A stretch of 64,000 bases of DNA, taken from Amoebidium appalachense (Eukaryota; Protista; Ichthyosporea). How positions within the stretch are numbered: position 1 is the stretch's first letter; each line of letters begins with the position of its first letter. Location of the stretch: the NCBI GenBank assembly GCA_963693365.1, contig CAVNZM010000003.1, positions 4,287,106-4,351,105 of the forward strand, read 5' to 3'. The notes beneath the pieces are model-generated. The model made no database searches, had not been told where the DNA came from, and worked only from the letters and a program-made list of their open reading frames with translations. The position numbers were made by a program, and so were the translations under genes. Positions 1-35,129 of the stretch are shown here, in pieces.

Positions 1-23333
<23,333 letters not shown>

Positions 23334-24107
23334 CCTCACGTGACGTGGGCCAACTTTGACAGACATTAACATCAAATAGGCACTAACGCCGTACTGTGAA
23401 AGTCACTGCACGCAGGCGCACACGCACACACGTACTGACGGTGTGCACGCGCTGCGATGAACTTTACGTCCGACTTTTCCTTACACTCTCGCGACCGCGT
23501 GCATGCTTTCTGTCGCGGCGCCTCGACGGTTCGATAGAGTCCAGTGTTCGCTGAATGTGTAAGGAAAAATAAGGAGCCATCTCAGTAGGTGCACGGGTAG
23601 GTGGCAGGCGCACATGCATGCACGACGCGCTGTGCTCTCTTGGCAGGCAACACCGTACTCGCAGATCATTATCGCTTTTTGGGAGCTTTGGCAGGGTACA
23701 TTTCTCCTGCTGTACCCATAAGGATACGAAGTGGCGTTGTAATTCTTGTTTCCATCGCTGCTGGTGCCACTTTTGTGCTGAACTTTTTCATCGAAGGCAT
23801 GTTGATAGGTGTGAGTTTTTATGTCGCGTTTTACCTCTTTCCCTACGGGTGTCTGCTACACTGGCTGGCAATGTGAACACTTCAGACTTTTTGTTGAATT
23901 CTGTTGGTCGTCACATTGAGTATTTATATGATTTTGGCACACAGTGTTCACGTATCTCAGTATGCACTTGTTATTGGCTAACTCGTGAAGTTTTTATTGT
24001 TGGCGGCGCGGGCCCGGACCCGGCCCGGCCCGCCGTTCTACACGCTGAACCCTTGTTAGCCCCAAAAAGTGACCTTTAGATCCATGCGCAGCTGCCTTAT
24101 ATAGTAT

Positions 24108-24310
24108 GGGGTTTACGCTGTTTACTCGAGGCAAAGAGAACCAGTCTCAGGTATGGGGGGGGGGTTTGCTCGGAATATCCCCTCAGCGGTATATCATGAT
24201 CACGTACATAGATGTCGGGTGGTGACTATATATCAGGGTTTACTTTCTCTACGAGACACCATAAAGACTACAAGGAGAAATCAATTAGTTGGGGTTCCCC
24301 GTTTTTTTTT
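24108..24310 (-). mobile_element. Solo copy of the LINE 3' terminal module (9 A + 194 bp), inverted relative to the other copies
   Basis: Reverse complement of the sequence after the poly(A) at 32715-32912, 37437-37634 and 48409-48604. It is flanked by AT on both sides in element orientation. Confidence 0.93.
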
Positions 24311-25319
24311 ATCTGAAACTTTTGTCCAATGAAAATCGTTATCGCTCCCAATTTGGAAAGTGACTTTCGGGCCAAAAAGCTACCTAATCGGATCGCTAAA
24401 ACGGTTTGGGTCTCTGCACGGTAGTATACCCGTGACTACTGAACTGGCCCGTATGAAAGGGATAGATATACGCGGCAGCGTTTTGATTCCTTTGCCAACT
24501 TCATGCCGAGTGAAGGGAGTACTTGCTTGTGTACTTACCCCCCCCAAATGAAAATTTTTGTGTTTTTCAATTTAAAGGTTTGGGCATTTCAGGGGCTGAA
24601 CATTAGCATATATATGAATGACAGTGTATGCGCGCAGCGTGCATGCTTTGGTGTCATCGATTGCATGATCATGAACATATATCCGGTTTATTTTGTTGTG
24701 AAAAAAAAAAGCATAAGCTATCTCTAATATATAGTAAGCTATGAAGCCCAAATACGGAACGACACCCCTCAAACAACAGTTCTTTCCATCAAAGAGCACC
24801 CCTATTTCTGGTGTTATCTCTGATCCACACCCGCGCCGCTATCTGCATGCGGAGCTTATGCCCCAGTCTTCTCAGTATGCCGTGCATACTTGCATATCTT
24901 TCCGTCGAATAAATCCAGTCAAAAGAAAAGATACACACATACGACTCGCCCCACACATACGAGTGTTTGGGGATCCAATATGATAAAAATTGCATGTGAC
25001 ATACGTACGGTATAGAAAACGCTAACGCTAAAAATCCCTGTCTAGCTCGCGCGTGTGTATGTAATATATTGGTTTATCAGCATTATCCCTTTTTTGCACA
25101 TGCCGTGTGTGTGTAGCGTGTGTAGGCGGTTGAAATACACGAGGCTACCGTCGAGGAGAGTCGAGGCCGATTTATCTCCGCACTTTTCGCCAAATATTGC
25201 ATTCTTTCTTAAGTTTTTGGAAATTTGACCAATCACAGAACAAGAAAGTGCCAATATGATTGGCTTAGCCGAATTCAGGGTTAGACCACTGCCAGAAAAA
25301 AATACCCCGCCTGGAAGAG

Positions 25320-25518
25320 GGAGCTACCGATGCTAGCCTCTGCTTACCCATAATATGAAATAGGGGTGTCATATACTACGATGGCGCTCATTGTTGCCTA
25401 GCATGTACATATGTCACTGGCTGCATTTGATTGGCTGCGCTGGAAAACGCAGTAGGCCGTCGAATGCCATCTGGGCCTCCGGCAGTGTCCACGCAATAAT
25501 TAAAAGTGTGTAAACCCC
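25320..25518 (+). repeat. Second diverged copy of the old LINE 3' end (direct repeat of ~26621-26816)
   Basis: Shared blocks gagctaccRatgctagcYtctgcttaYccataat and gtcactggctgcatttgattggctgcgctg; both copies end taaacccc. Confidence 0.8.
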
Positions 25519-25593
25519 AACTTTAACGTCAAAAAGTGTGCCCTTTTCAAAAAATCGATACCGCCGGCATGGGACGACGTTTGTAGATTCGGC

Positions 25594-26816
25594 AGTCCCG
25601 ATCGAATAAAAGTATTTGGGGGCTCCGGTGGATGAGTGAGGCATATGTTTCAAACGGATGGTCGACCGTCGGGTGGCAGGAAGGTGTCTTCGTTTATTTA
25701 GGGATGTGTATCTTGCTAATCTTTCTACTACTGTACACTTACACAACCGTCTTAGTATATTTCGCACCTTTATTCACCCTTTGTCTGAGTACGGGTTGCC
25801 TTTATTAGCTATGGCACCCCCGCTGATACCATTGCAAATGTTCTCCATTCACTAGATGACTTCCACTACACAACTTGTTGTACGTTTCTTACTGGCCTTT
25901 CCACACCTATTTCTAGAAGCCTTCTCGATTCTTTATTATATGGGCTCACACCACCATCACAACGCATACACGAATCACTGAATGAGCCCTTAAATTTCGC
26001 GAGCACATCACCCGCCTATCCGCCATTGCCCCGACCCAACCACTCTTCCAGCTACACGCATCCCCGCCGGACTCGCCCCTCTACCTCTTCCCTTCCACAT
26101 CGTCTCTGCCTATTGTCGAGCGATATGGGGAGTGGCTGGCGACTCCACCGGAGGTACGGCGGGACCATAGTGTGATTATGAATAGTTTTAAGTCTATGGC
26201 TGATAGATACCTTTTTACTTTACGTGTCGAGTCCCTCCCAGTGTTAGGTCAGCAAAAACACCAACTACTAGTAGCCTATATGGCGGATACGGTTAGACAA
26301 TCTCGCTCCTATATAGATTCGTTTATTCATGATGTTGTGTCGTATAAATATGCAAAGATGATTATGTCTTGGCGATGTAATCGGTTTTTGGTGTCTCCTG
26401 CTCGTATGTGTAATATGTGTGGGAGGCGGTTTACTCGCGTATGCATATCTATCAATAAGTGTGACCTGTTAGCTAATGTGGTAGAACCGGAGGCTATGGG
26501 CGGCTTTATTCTCTTTTGTACTTCTCTCCCCCAGTATATCCGTTATAAAATGACCGTGTTAGATCACCTTATTAATGCTGCACAGTATGATATTGTGATA
26601 CGGTGTCTTAACTTTCTATCGGAGCTACCAATGCTAGCTTCTGCTTATCCATAATCTATACTGGTTGTTTTATTGCATACAGTGTACATAAGTCACTGGC
26701 TGCATTTGATTGGCTGCGCTGCAAAACGCAGTAGGCCGTCAAGTGAGGCTGGGCAGCCGTGGGCTGGGCCCCTGACGATTGACGATGTCCGCAGCAATAC
26801 AAAGTGCATAAACCCC
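25594..26816 (+). pseudogene. Decayed 3' half of an older related LINE (RT thumb and C-terminus), ending TAAACCCC
   Basis: Segments KYLGAPVD, RLSIFRTFIHPLSEYGLPLLA, WRCNRF..C..C...FTRVCI and VLDHLIN..YD..IRCLNFL align with the ORF2 C-terminus of the young LINE. Stops and frameshifts are present. Confidence 0.85.
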
Positions 26817-27252
26817 AAAAGCACATGTACATGTACAGGCCAACCAATTTATAGATCGGCACTTTCATGCAGAGATTATCACACCACGATTATCTTACTA
26901 TTCCTTAATGATTGCACATCATGATTCCGGTGGGTTTATACTTAATTGTTTTAAGCTTTGATGTATTACGTAGTGGTTTCTACTATGCTGCTATATATAT
27001 ATATAACTGATACATCATCGCCTGCTGGCGCATGAAAATACGTTTACATCTATATCAATTATAACCACACTGGCAATGGCACATTTCATGGGATCCAAAA
27101 CAGAGGGGGAAATTTTAGTCATTTTTTTTTATCAGATCTGCAGAGGTAGATTGAGGGTGATTATAAAATTATACGAAAATGTCTTTCTTCCTTACCTCTT
27201 CTTTTTTTGGGGGGGGGGGGAGAAGGGGGTGGGTGGGTGTGTGGGTGTGTGG

Positions 27253-27302
<50 letters not shown>

Positions 27303-27494
27303 GTAATCGATCAGCCCAAGCGATCTCCAAACTAGCAAGTCTAGTTATGAAATGAAATGTTTGTGATTTCTGCAATTCAACAGGATTTCTACCAAATATG
27401 AACAAAAATCAATTCGGATCAATCGATCTCCAATACAATAGATCTCCCCACAAACCGATTTCCCCAATCGAAAATTACGAAACTTTCATGAAAT

Positions 27495-27914
27495 TCAGTA
27501 ATCCTCATCGATCATCGTATCAATCACCTCCCGTTGCATCGACACCTGCTCCCTAAAATCCCTCCTGAGGGTTTCCCAAATATCCTTCACTGAAGATCTC
27601 CTTCTTGAAGTACTTCCCTGAATTTCAGGGTTGATGAAATTTATGTTTCCGGTACTGCTGCTCATTCTCCGTGCCGCCACGACGGGTGTTTTGGGAGGCA
27701 GGGTCACAGCCCGGCCGAAGATTTCTGCCACAGGTGCTTCTATGTAGTCAACCGCCTGAAACAGAAATCATGTCAGTTCGAATTCTAGAAATTTACAAAA
27801 AATATACTTGTGATGATCACATAGTCATATAGCTATGGTCATCCCCCCCCTCCCCCCCCCCCCCCCATTCCCCTCCCCCTTCCCCTGAGATAACCCAAGC
27901 AACGTGTGACACGT

Positions 27915-28010
<96 letters not shown>

Positions 28011-31000
28011 GCGACTTCTGGCCTCATATAAAATCACGTACCGTAATTCAATTCTATATCTAGAAATACTTATTATTTTTTAGTCGCTCTTTATTATCTG
28101 CTAATAAATAGTATCCTTCGCGCATCCACCCCTAAACCAGGCCATCCGTGGCCCTAAGGGCCGGGGAACACCCCCATCCATGTCATGGCACATGCCTATA
28201 ATCGTTTCAGAACCTCTTTCAAAGTTCCATCTACACCCATCACACATGTGCGACCATTAAAACGTCCAGCAGATACACCTACCACAGATGCACAACCAGA
28301 AAAACATCGCCTTAGACTAAGCGCAACACCTATTTACAATACACTACCCATTCAGAATAACACCACACCACTCCGTAGAAACACAATAACAACCATGCCG
28401 AAACTTTCGGTTGATACAGTACTGGCAGAACTTGCCCTCGTTAAGAAACAGCTAAATGAGCTGTTACCACTCAAGAACATGATAGAAAAACTCCAAACAG
28501 AAAATACCCAACTCAAGCTCACCATTGATTCACTCACAGCCCAGCTAAACATTAGTGGATCGCAAAACCCCAAAACTCATGAGCAAACATCTCGCGACGG
28601 AGACATTTCCACCCCAACACAAAACAACACAGGACCGGAAGCACAGCTCCCGGCAGAGTTCCTAGAATATGCGAACTCTCGTAAAACACCCGAGCTCCGC
28701 CAAATTGCCAAGGAAACATATGCCAGCATTCTTGCAGGCAACGAGTACCGCCGCAACTCCCCTCCCAAACCGCCGGCTAAGGGGAACACCCAAGCAAACG
28801 GTAACATCAACATCCCACCCAAATACGAGAGGGTGTATTTCAAAGTCAAGCACGGCAGACGCCCACACAGGGCCATGTGGTCCATCTTCAAGGCTCTCGG
28901 CTTCCGGTGCTCTCGCATCCTTTGTCTGTCCTTCATTGGATACGATGTGCTGGAAGTAGCAGTACGGGGCGACTATAACCGTGCGTTCATCCGTGACGCG
29001 ACAAAGGGGTGTGGAAGCTTCTTCACCCACCTCCCAAGCTACGACCCATGCGCGCCGGAAAACATTCAGAAAGCAGACAAAGAACGTAAAGTGTCTGCTA
29101 AGAATGCGTGCGCCACACGTTGTCGTGTACGCATCAGCAAGGCAAAAGAGTTCCTCGCAAAGTTGGAAAACGATGCTACGAGCGTGATAGACACGGACAC
29201 GAAGGAACCAATGTTTTCTGGTGAGAAACTGCTCGAGCGCAAACGCCGATGCGAGATGGAAATCGAGCTCTTCTGCGAACTGTTCGCGCTGGCGGAAGGT
29301 CGTGCATACGACCCCGTAAGCGACAAGTGGGAACCAACCCCACAGGTGTCGGACCAAACCGATGCCTAATTTATCCTTTTTCTTCTGGAATGCTCGGACA
29401 CTGGGCCCCCAAAAGGGCCTCCCCCCCGGGACACTCGACGATAAAATCAGCTACATACAACAACAGACAAACAACCACACGTTTACAGTGATTTGCGAAA
29501 CACAGTTTAAAAACCACCACAAATTCAACTCTACATTGGTCGACACATCCACACACCCCGGTTACGCGAAAAACCGAGGCATTATTGTACTTGCCGCACC
29601 ACACGTGAGAGTGAAGTGCAAACCGGTAGCAAAAACGGAATTCTCGGTTTCTATAGAGTTTCTTTCTAATGTTTTTACTTTTGTATATTACCCACCATCT
29701 ATGTCGGTTGTCGAATTGACTCACGAGTTGTCACAGTTACCAATGTCCACTGTTATTTTAGGTGATTTTAACACGCGACTCCACCACACAGACACACTGC
29801 AAGTGAGTGTCGGGTACCCATCTAAGCCCCCGGAGCGTGCTATCCCTTTAGCAAGGTATGTCCAAAGTCACACTTTGCGGTTCCCTCAAATATCCCATGC
29901 CCACAACACCGACTGGGGAGTGGCCTTTTGGCCATCAACCATGTCAAAACTCTCTCTCCCTCCTAACCTCTCTAGGTCATCTGACCACTCTCCTATCCTT
30001 TTCCTACCTAAGATCTCCCTTGATCTGCTCCCCCCTCCCCCTCCCACCTTTCGCCTCCGTCTATCCCAGCTTAAGTCACAGTGGGGTAGAGTTGATGTAT
30101 GTGTATGCTATGCTACGAAACACCCTATATATATGCGCCTATTAGAATCTGCACAAGCCAGGCCAGATTCACATCTCGTACTAGATACATGCACTAACTT
30201 TATTGTTGATGATTTGATAGATCTCGGTGATTATGCTGGCGGTGGTAGGAAGGAATATCCCGATGCTCTCTTGTTACCAAACACCACTCCCGCTAGACTA
30301 GGTGAACCCCTGTCTCAAAAGGAAAGCTTGCGCCGGCTTGCTAGTATGAATCGATTTGGCCCCCCTGCTCGTATTATTGGTGATACCACTGGAGACCCCC
30401 TCATAGACTCTGATAAGTATTTCTCGGAACTGTTTAAAGATAGGACCCCCGCTCAGAAACCTATTGTGTGGCCTGTAGACCCATCTATCCCCATAGAATC
30501 GATCCTCCCCTTTTTCAGTCCCGATGCCATATGGTCTGTGATATCTAGTTATAGCTCTAGTAAGTCTTGTGGACCTGATGGACTCCCTGCTGGGTTTCTT
30601 AAAATCCTTGTTCCCTCCTACCCACAAAAGGAAAGTGATCGTGCTATTAAACCTGATCTTACTATCATGTTAAGCTCTCTCTTTTCTTGGTGTGTTAAAT
30701 GTGGACATGTCCCGTCATCTTGGTTAGATACCTTAGTGATCCCCATAGTTAAGAAGGACTCTGAGGGCCCCATATCATCCTTTCGCCCCATTACACTAAC
30801 CCAGGTTGTTCGTAGATTCTTTGAAGCTTGCTTACTTAGGTTATTTGCACATCACCCTAGGTTTCAATCTATTCTTCACATACACCCATGCCAATCCGCT
30901 TTTCGTAAAAACAATTCATGTTATGTTCAAATAATGGCACTGCACGATTCTATGCAAGTTGGTGCACAATATGTTGGCTTTATTGATTGGAAAACTGCTT

Positions 31001-32576
31001 ACGATTCTGTCTCCCCTGGTCTCCTATGGGAAAAGCTTGCTGCACGGGGTGTACCACACTGCATTGGTGTTCTGTTAGAAGCACTCTTGTCTCAAACCTA
31101 TGGTAGAGCTGTGGTTAATGGGCATCTTTCATATGGTTTTGCTCGTACTAGAGGTCTCTTGCAGGGCTCATTGCTTAGCCCCTTTTTGTTTAACCTATTT
31201 ATAGATGATTTGGCTGTCAAGATTTACGCCGAAAACGATGACCCTATTAATAACTTTCCGCCTGCACTTCTCTATGCTGATGATCTGTCCCTCCTTGCCC
31301 GTACCCCTAGACGCCTGCAAAGATTGTTCGATGTAGTGTCAGAGTGGTGCAAGGCAAACCTTATGATCCTTAACATAGACAAATGTGGTGTTCTTGTACC
31401 TGATATAGCTAACAATTTACACACATTTACATTATCATCTAAACCTGTACCTATAGTTCCAGAATACAAATATCTTGGTGTTCCGGTTGATTCTGTTGGT
31501 GTTATGTTTCCCCATATGGTCGAAAAGAGGGTAGAGTTGGCTCGTAAGCGGTTAGCTTTCTTCTCGGCTAATATTTTTAAAGACACACCCCTCCATCCTT
31601 CTATTAGACTTACATTTATTCGCACTTTTGTCTTCCCGGCATGTGAATATGGTTTACCCCTTCTCGCCGCTTGGATCAAGAAAGAGAGAACTAGAGCGCT
31701 TAAACCCTTGGCAAATTTCCTTGAAGCAGAAGTTGCCTCCTTTCTATCTAACAACTGTTGTAAACCTGGGCCTGTAACGCTCTCGATATATGGTCTGGTC
31801 CCAATAGCTGCTAGAGTATCCTATCTCGCGCTGAAATTCAATAAGCACATAAGCCGCTTAAAGAAGTATTTGCCCTCCCACCCTCTCTTCTCTATCCGAC
31901 CTGTCCCCTCCTCACCTCTCCCCTCTTTCCTCCCCTCTCTCTCCCCTTCTCCCCTGGGCACAAATACAAATAAACCCCGCAATAGTGTGTGTGTGACTTT
32001 GGACTGCCACTTACTTATTAAACATGTACACAATCACAAGATAATCACGCAATATAACAAATGGAAAAAGATACCAAACGACACTAGACCCGATGAAAGC
32101 ATACACCTTGAAAAACTAAGCCTTATGTCTCGTTTTATATATACTAACCGCCTCAACCATATTGCCAAATATGGCACTCGCAAGTGTATAACACCTAAAT
32201 ACATATTACCTTCCTGTAGAACTGGTCTTTCTCTAGCTGATGGTATTATTGATCAATTACCACGCTTTTACTGTACACGTGCTATACAGTGGAGATCTAA
32301 TAAGTATAAGGTGGCATCATTTGCATGCCCAAACAACACACACACACACCAGTTTAACCGGTCATGTATCGCCAAATGTAGTTTGATAGACCACATAATA
32401 CCGCAACACACACACGTCACATTCACAACAGACACCCAGAAAGATAGCCTACCTGTAAATTACAACATCCTTGATTTTATACTAAACACGCGTAACTACG
32501 ACCTGTTTATTAGATGTATTGATTGGCTTGAGAAACACATCACTACAAAATTATAGCGCACGCGCACACACACACA

Positions 32577-32629
<53 letters not shown>

Positions 32630-32661
32630 CCAGCTGATACCGAGTGTCCCGAGGGGAGCCC

Positions 32662-32715
<54 letters not shown>

Positions 32716-34103
32716 GGGGAACCCCAACTAATTGATTTCTCCTTGTAGTCTTTATGGTGTCTCGTAGAGAAAGTAAACCCTGATATATAGTCACCACCCG
32801 ACATCTATGTACGTGATCATGATATACCGCTGAGGGGATATTCCGAGCAAAACCCCCCCCCCCCATACCTGAGACTGGTTCTCTTTGCCTCGAGTAAACA
32901 GCGTAAACCCCCATATGCACTTCCCTGCCTTAAGGCACGTAACACAAGAAGAGTACAAACTTAAGCCCCCCCCCCCCCCCCCCCCCTGCACCCCCCCTTC
33001 CTCCTTCCTTCGCCTCCCTCACGATCCACACCATTAAAAACCTTTCTCAAAACACCAAGAGAAATAAACAGGCTGCACACACACACAACACGTACAACAC
33101 ATACACGCACCACGCCCACCCACACCCACACAAACACACTGGTCACACACCCTTCCCCCCCCCCCCCCCCCTCCCTCCCCCCCCCTCCCTCACATACACA
33201 CACAAACATAAACAGGCAAACACACACACAAAAGCGCACATATACACACTTACATGTGTCATTTTCCTTGCCCGGTCAACCGCATCCAACCACTCCCTAT
33301 TCTCCTTATAGTCCTTGATTCCTATTGGCAGACCGACCAGCATTACGTGACAAGAGACATTCTGATTGGACGTCATGGCGACGAACCCCTTTAACGAGTA
33401 GTTCAGCCCAAATGTGTCACCCGCCGCACAGCAAATCATCAGGCATGTGGGGTTTGCTCTTTCTAGTACTTTCTGGAAAGGGTAGTTGGTTTCGGCGCCT
33501 TCGGGGATGGATAGGTCCCATGTGGTGACTTCATAACCGATGTTGGTGTTTGGCTGTGTGTGTTCATGTGTTGGTGTTTGGGCGTAGGAGGGTAAGAAAG
33601 TGGGGGGGGGGAGGGGGAGGGGGGGGGGGGCTGGGATGGAGGTTTGGGAGGGAGAGGGAGAAGGGGGAGGAGGAGGGGGGGAGGGGGAGGGGGGAGGGGG
33701 TTTGAATGCGGAACACGGTCAAAGTACACATACACGATGAGAAGCATGGTGCAGGACACATGCAAAGGCAAATATTCAAGTATGCAACCTCAGCAATGCG
33801 CACAGTATGCGTTATAAGCAGAGAGGGCCCCAGGCGGAGGGGCGAGGGGGGGGGGGGGGGGAGGGGGGAGGGAGGCCGGGGGGAGGGGGGGGGGGGGGGG
33901 GTTAGAATGCACCACGATTCCTAAGTACATACGAGGGAAAATACATGCGGATTTTGAAGGGAGACCAAAGACACGCGCACGCACACACAGTGTCACATAC
34001 ACATACAGAGTATGCATCAAAAGTGGAGCCATCTTTAAAGGGTGGGGGTGGGGGTGGGGTAAGTGAATGGGTAGGTGGTGGTGGTGGTGGTGGGTTGAAG
34101 GGA

Positions 34104-34137
<34 letters not shown>

Positions 34138-34397
34138 CATCAAATTAACAGAGCTTATTCACTAGCACAAAAGATTTTCTTCAAATTATCGTTCACTTTC
34201 TATTTCACTGTCTGGTTCAGACTCATTCTGCCCCCCCCCCTCCCCCTCCCCCCCCCCCCCCCCCTCCCCAAACACCCCTCATTCTCTTCTTCCATTCCCC
34301 CCAACTGGTACTACTCTCTCTCCCCCCTTCCCCTCCCCCCCTTCCCCTCTTCTCACCTGTCCCTTCCGCTTTCATCTTCCCATCCACCCCCGTCCCT

Positions 34398-34430
<33 letters not shown>

Positions 34431-34443
34431 TCCCCCCCTCCTC

Positions 34444-34491
<48 letters not shown>

Positions 34492-35068
34492 AAACCCTTC
34501 CCTTTCTTTCAATCCCCGTCCATATCCCCACAACACCTCATGACATTTTTGTTTGCCCGAAAGTGTTCACCCACCTCGTTTGCACTATTTAACAATACAC
34601 CTGAATGCACACAGTTTCCATAAGATAGTATTTGCCAATTTTATTGATTTATTATTCTTTTTTGCCACATGCCTTTCTTACCTCTGTTGCGCTCTTCAAC
34701 AGTAGTGGCTTCAAATAGCTCTTAGCCAAAAGGGTGCCATCTGTGTCGAATTGGTCTTCGTGTTTGGCCGCTAGAATCGATCCTGTAACAAAGTTTATGG
34801 TTAGCTTTTTAATTGATGTAAGTGCGCGAATCCGCACTTGGAGAGAGGTATGGGGACGACAGAACAAGGGGAAAGGAAGGCGGAGGGGGAGGGGGGAAGT
34901 GGGGGGGGGAGAGAGAGGGAGGGAGGGAGGGGGAGGGGGGGGGGGGGGGGGCACCCACAAATATACCCTAATGATACCCATTTCTTCGTGGGAAAACGAA
35001 AAGCACAATAAATTTGATGGGAAGCTCAACTCGGTATCAAAGGAGATGGAGGGGTGGGGGTTGTTGGT

Positions 35069-35129
<61 letters not shown>

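Larger units (their letters stand above)
28013..32912 (+). mobile_element. Non-LTR retrotransposon (LINE) copy 1, apparently full length, inside the last intron of the GTPase-like gene (antisense)
   Basis: Contains ORF1+ORF2, (CA)n, A49 and the 3' module. Probable TSD (C)ATATGC at 28006-28012 and 32912-32918. Similarity to copy 3 begins at 28083. Confidence 0.92.

Noticed and set aside
24108-24301. Hammerhead ribozyme, tRNA or snRNA identity for the module
   Set aside because: No CUGANGA/GAAA core, cloverleaf or recognisable snRNA motif on either strand.
28352-29357. Antisense ORFs within LINE ORF1 (e.g. 231 aa)
   Set aside because: No motifs; they recur only because the LINE copies are identical.
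32715-32912. Module as a separate MITE or host target site into which the LINE inserts
   Set aside because: It has no real terminal inverted repeats, and the TSD in the Copia encloses LINE plus module with no module half on the 5' side. It cannot be fully excluded without empty-site data.
32770-32912. TAAACCC as telomeric repeat or telomerase-template mimic
   Set aside because: Only isolated single units occur, with no tandem array, and the host telomere sequence is unknown.
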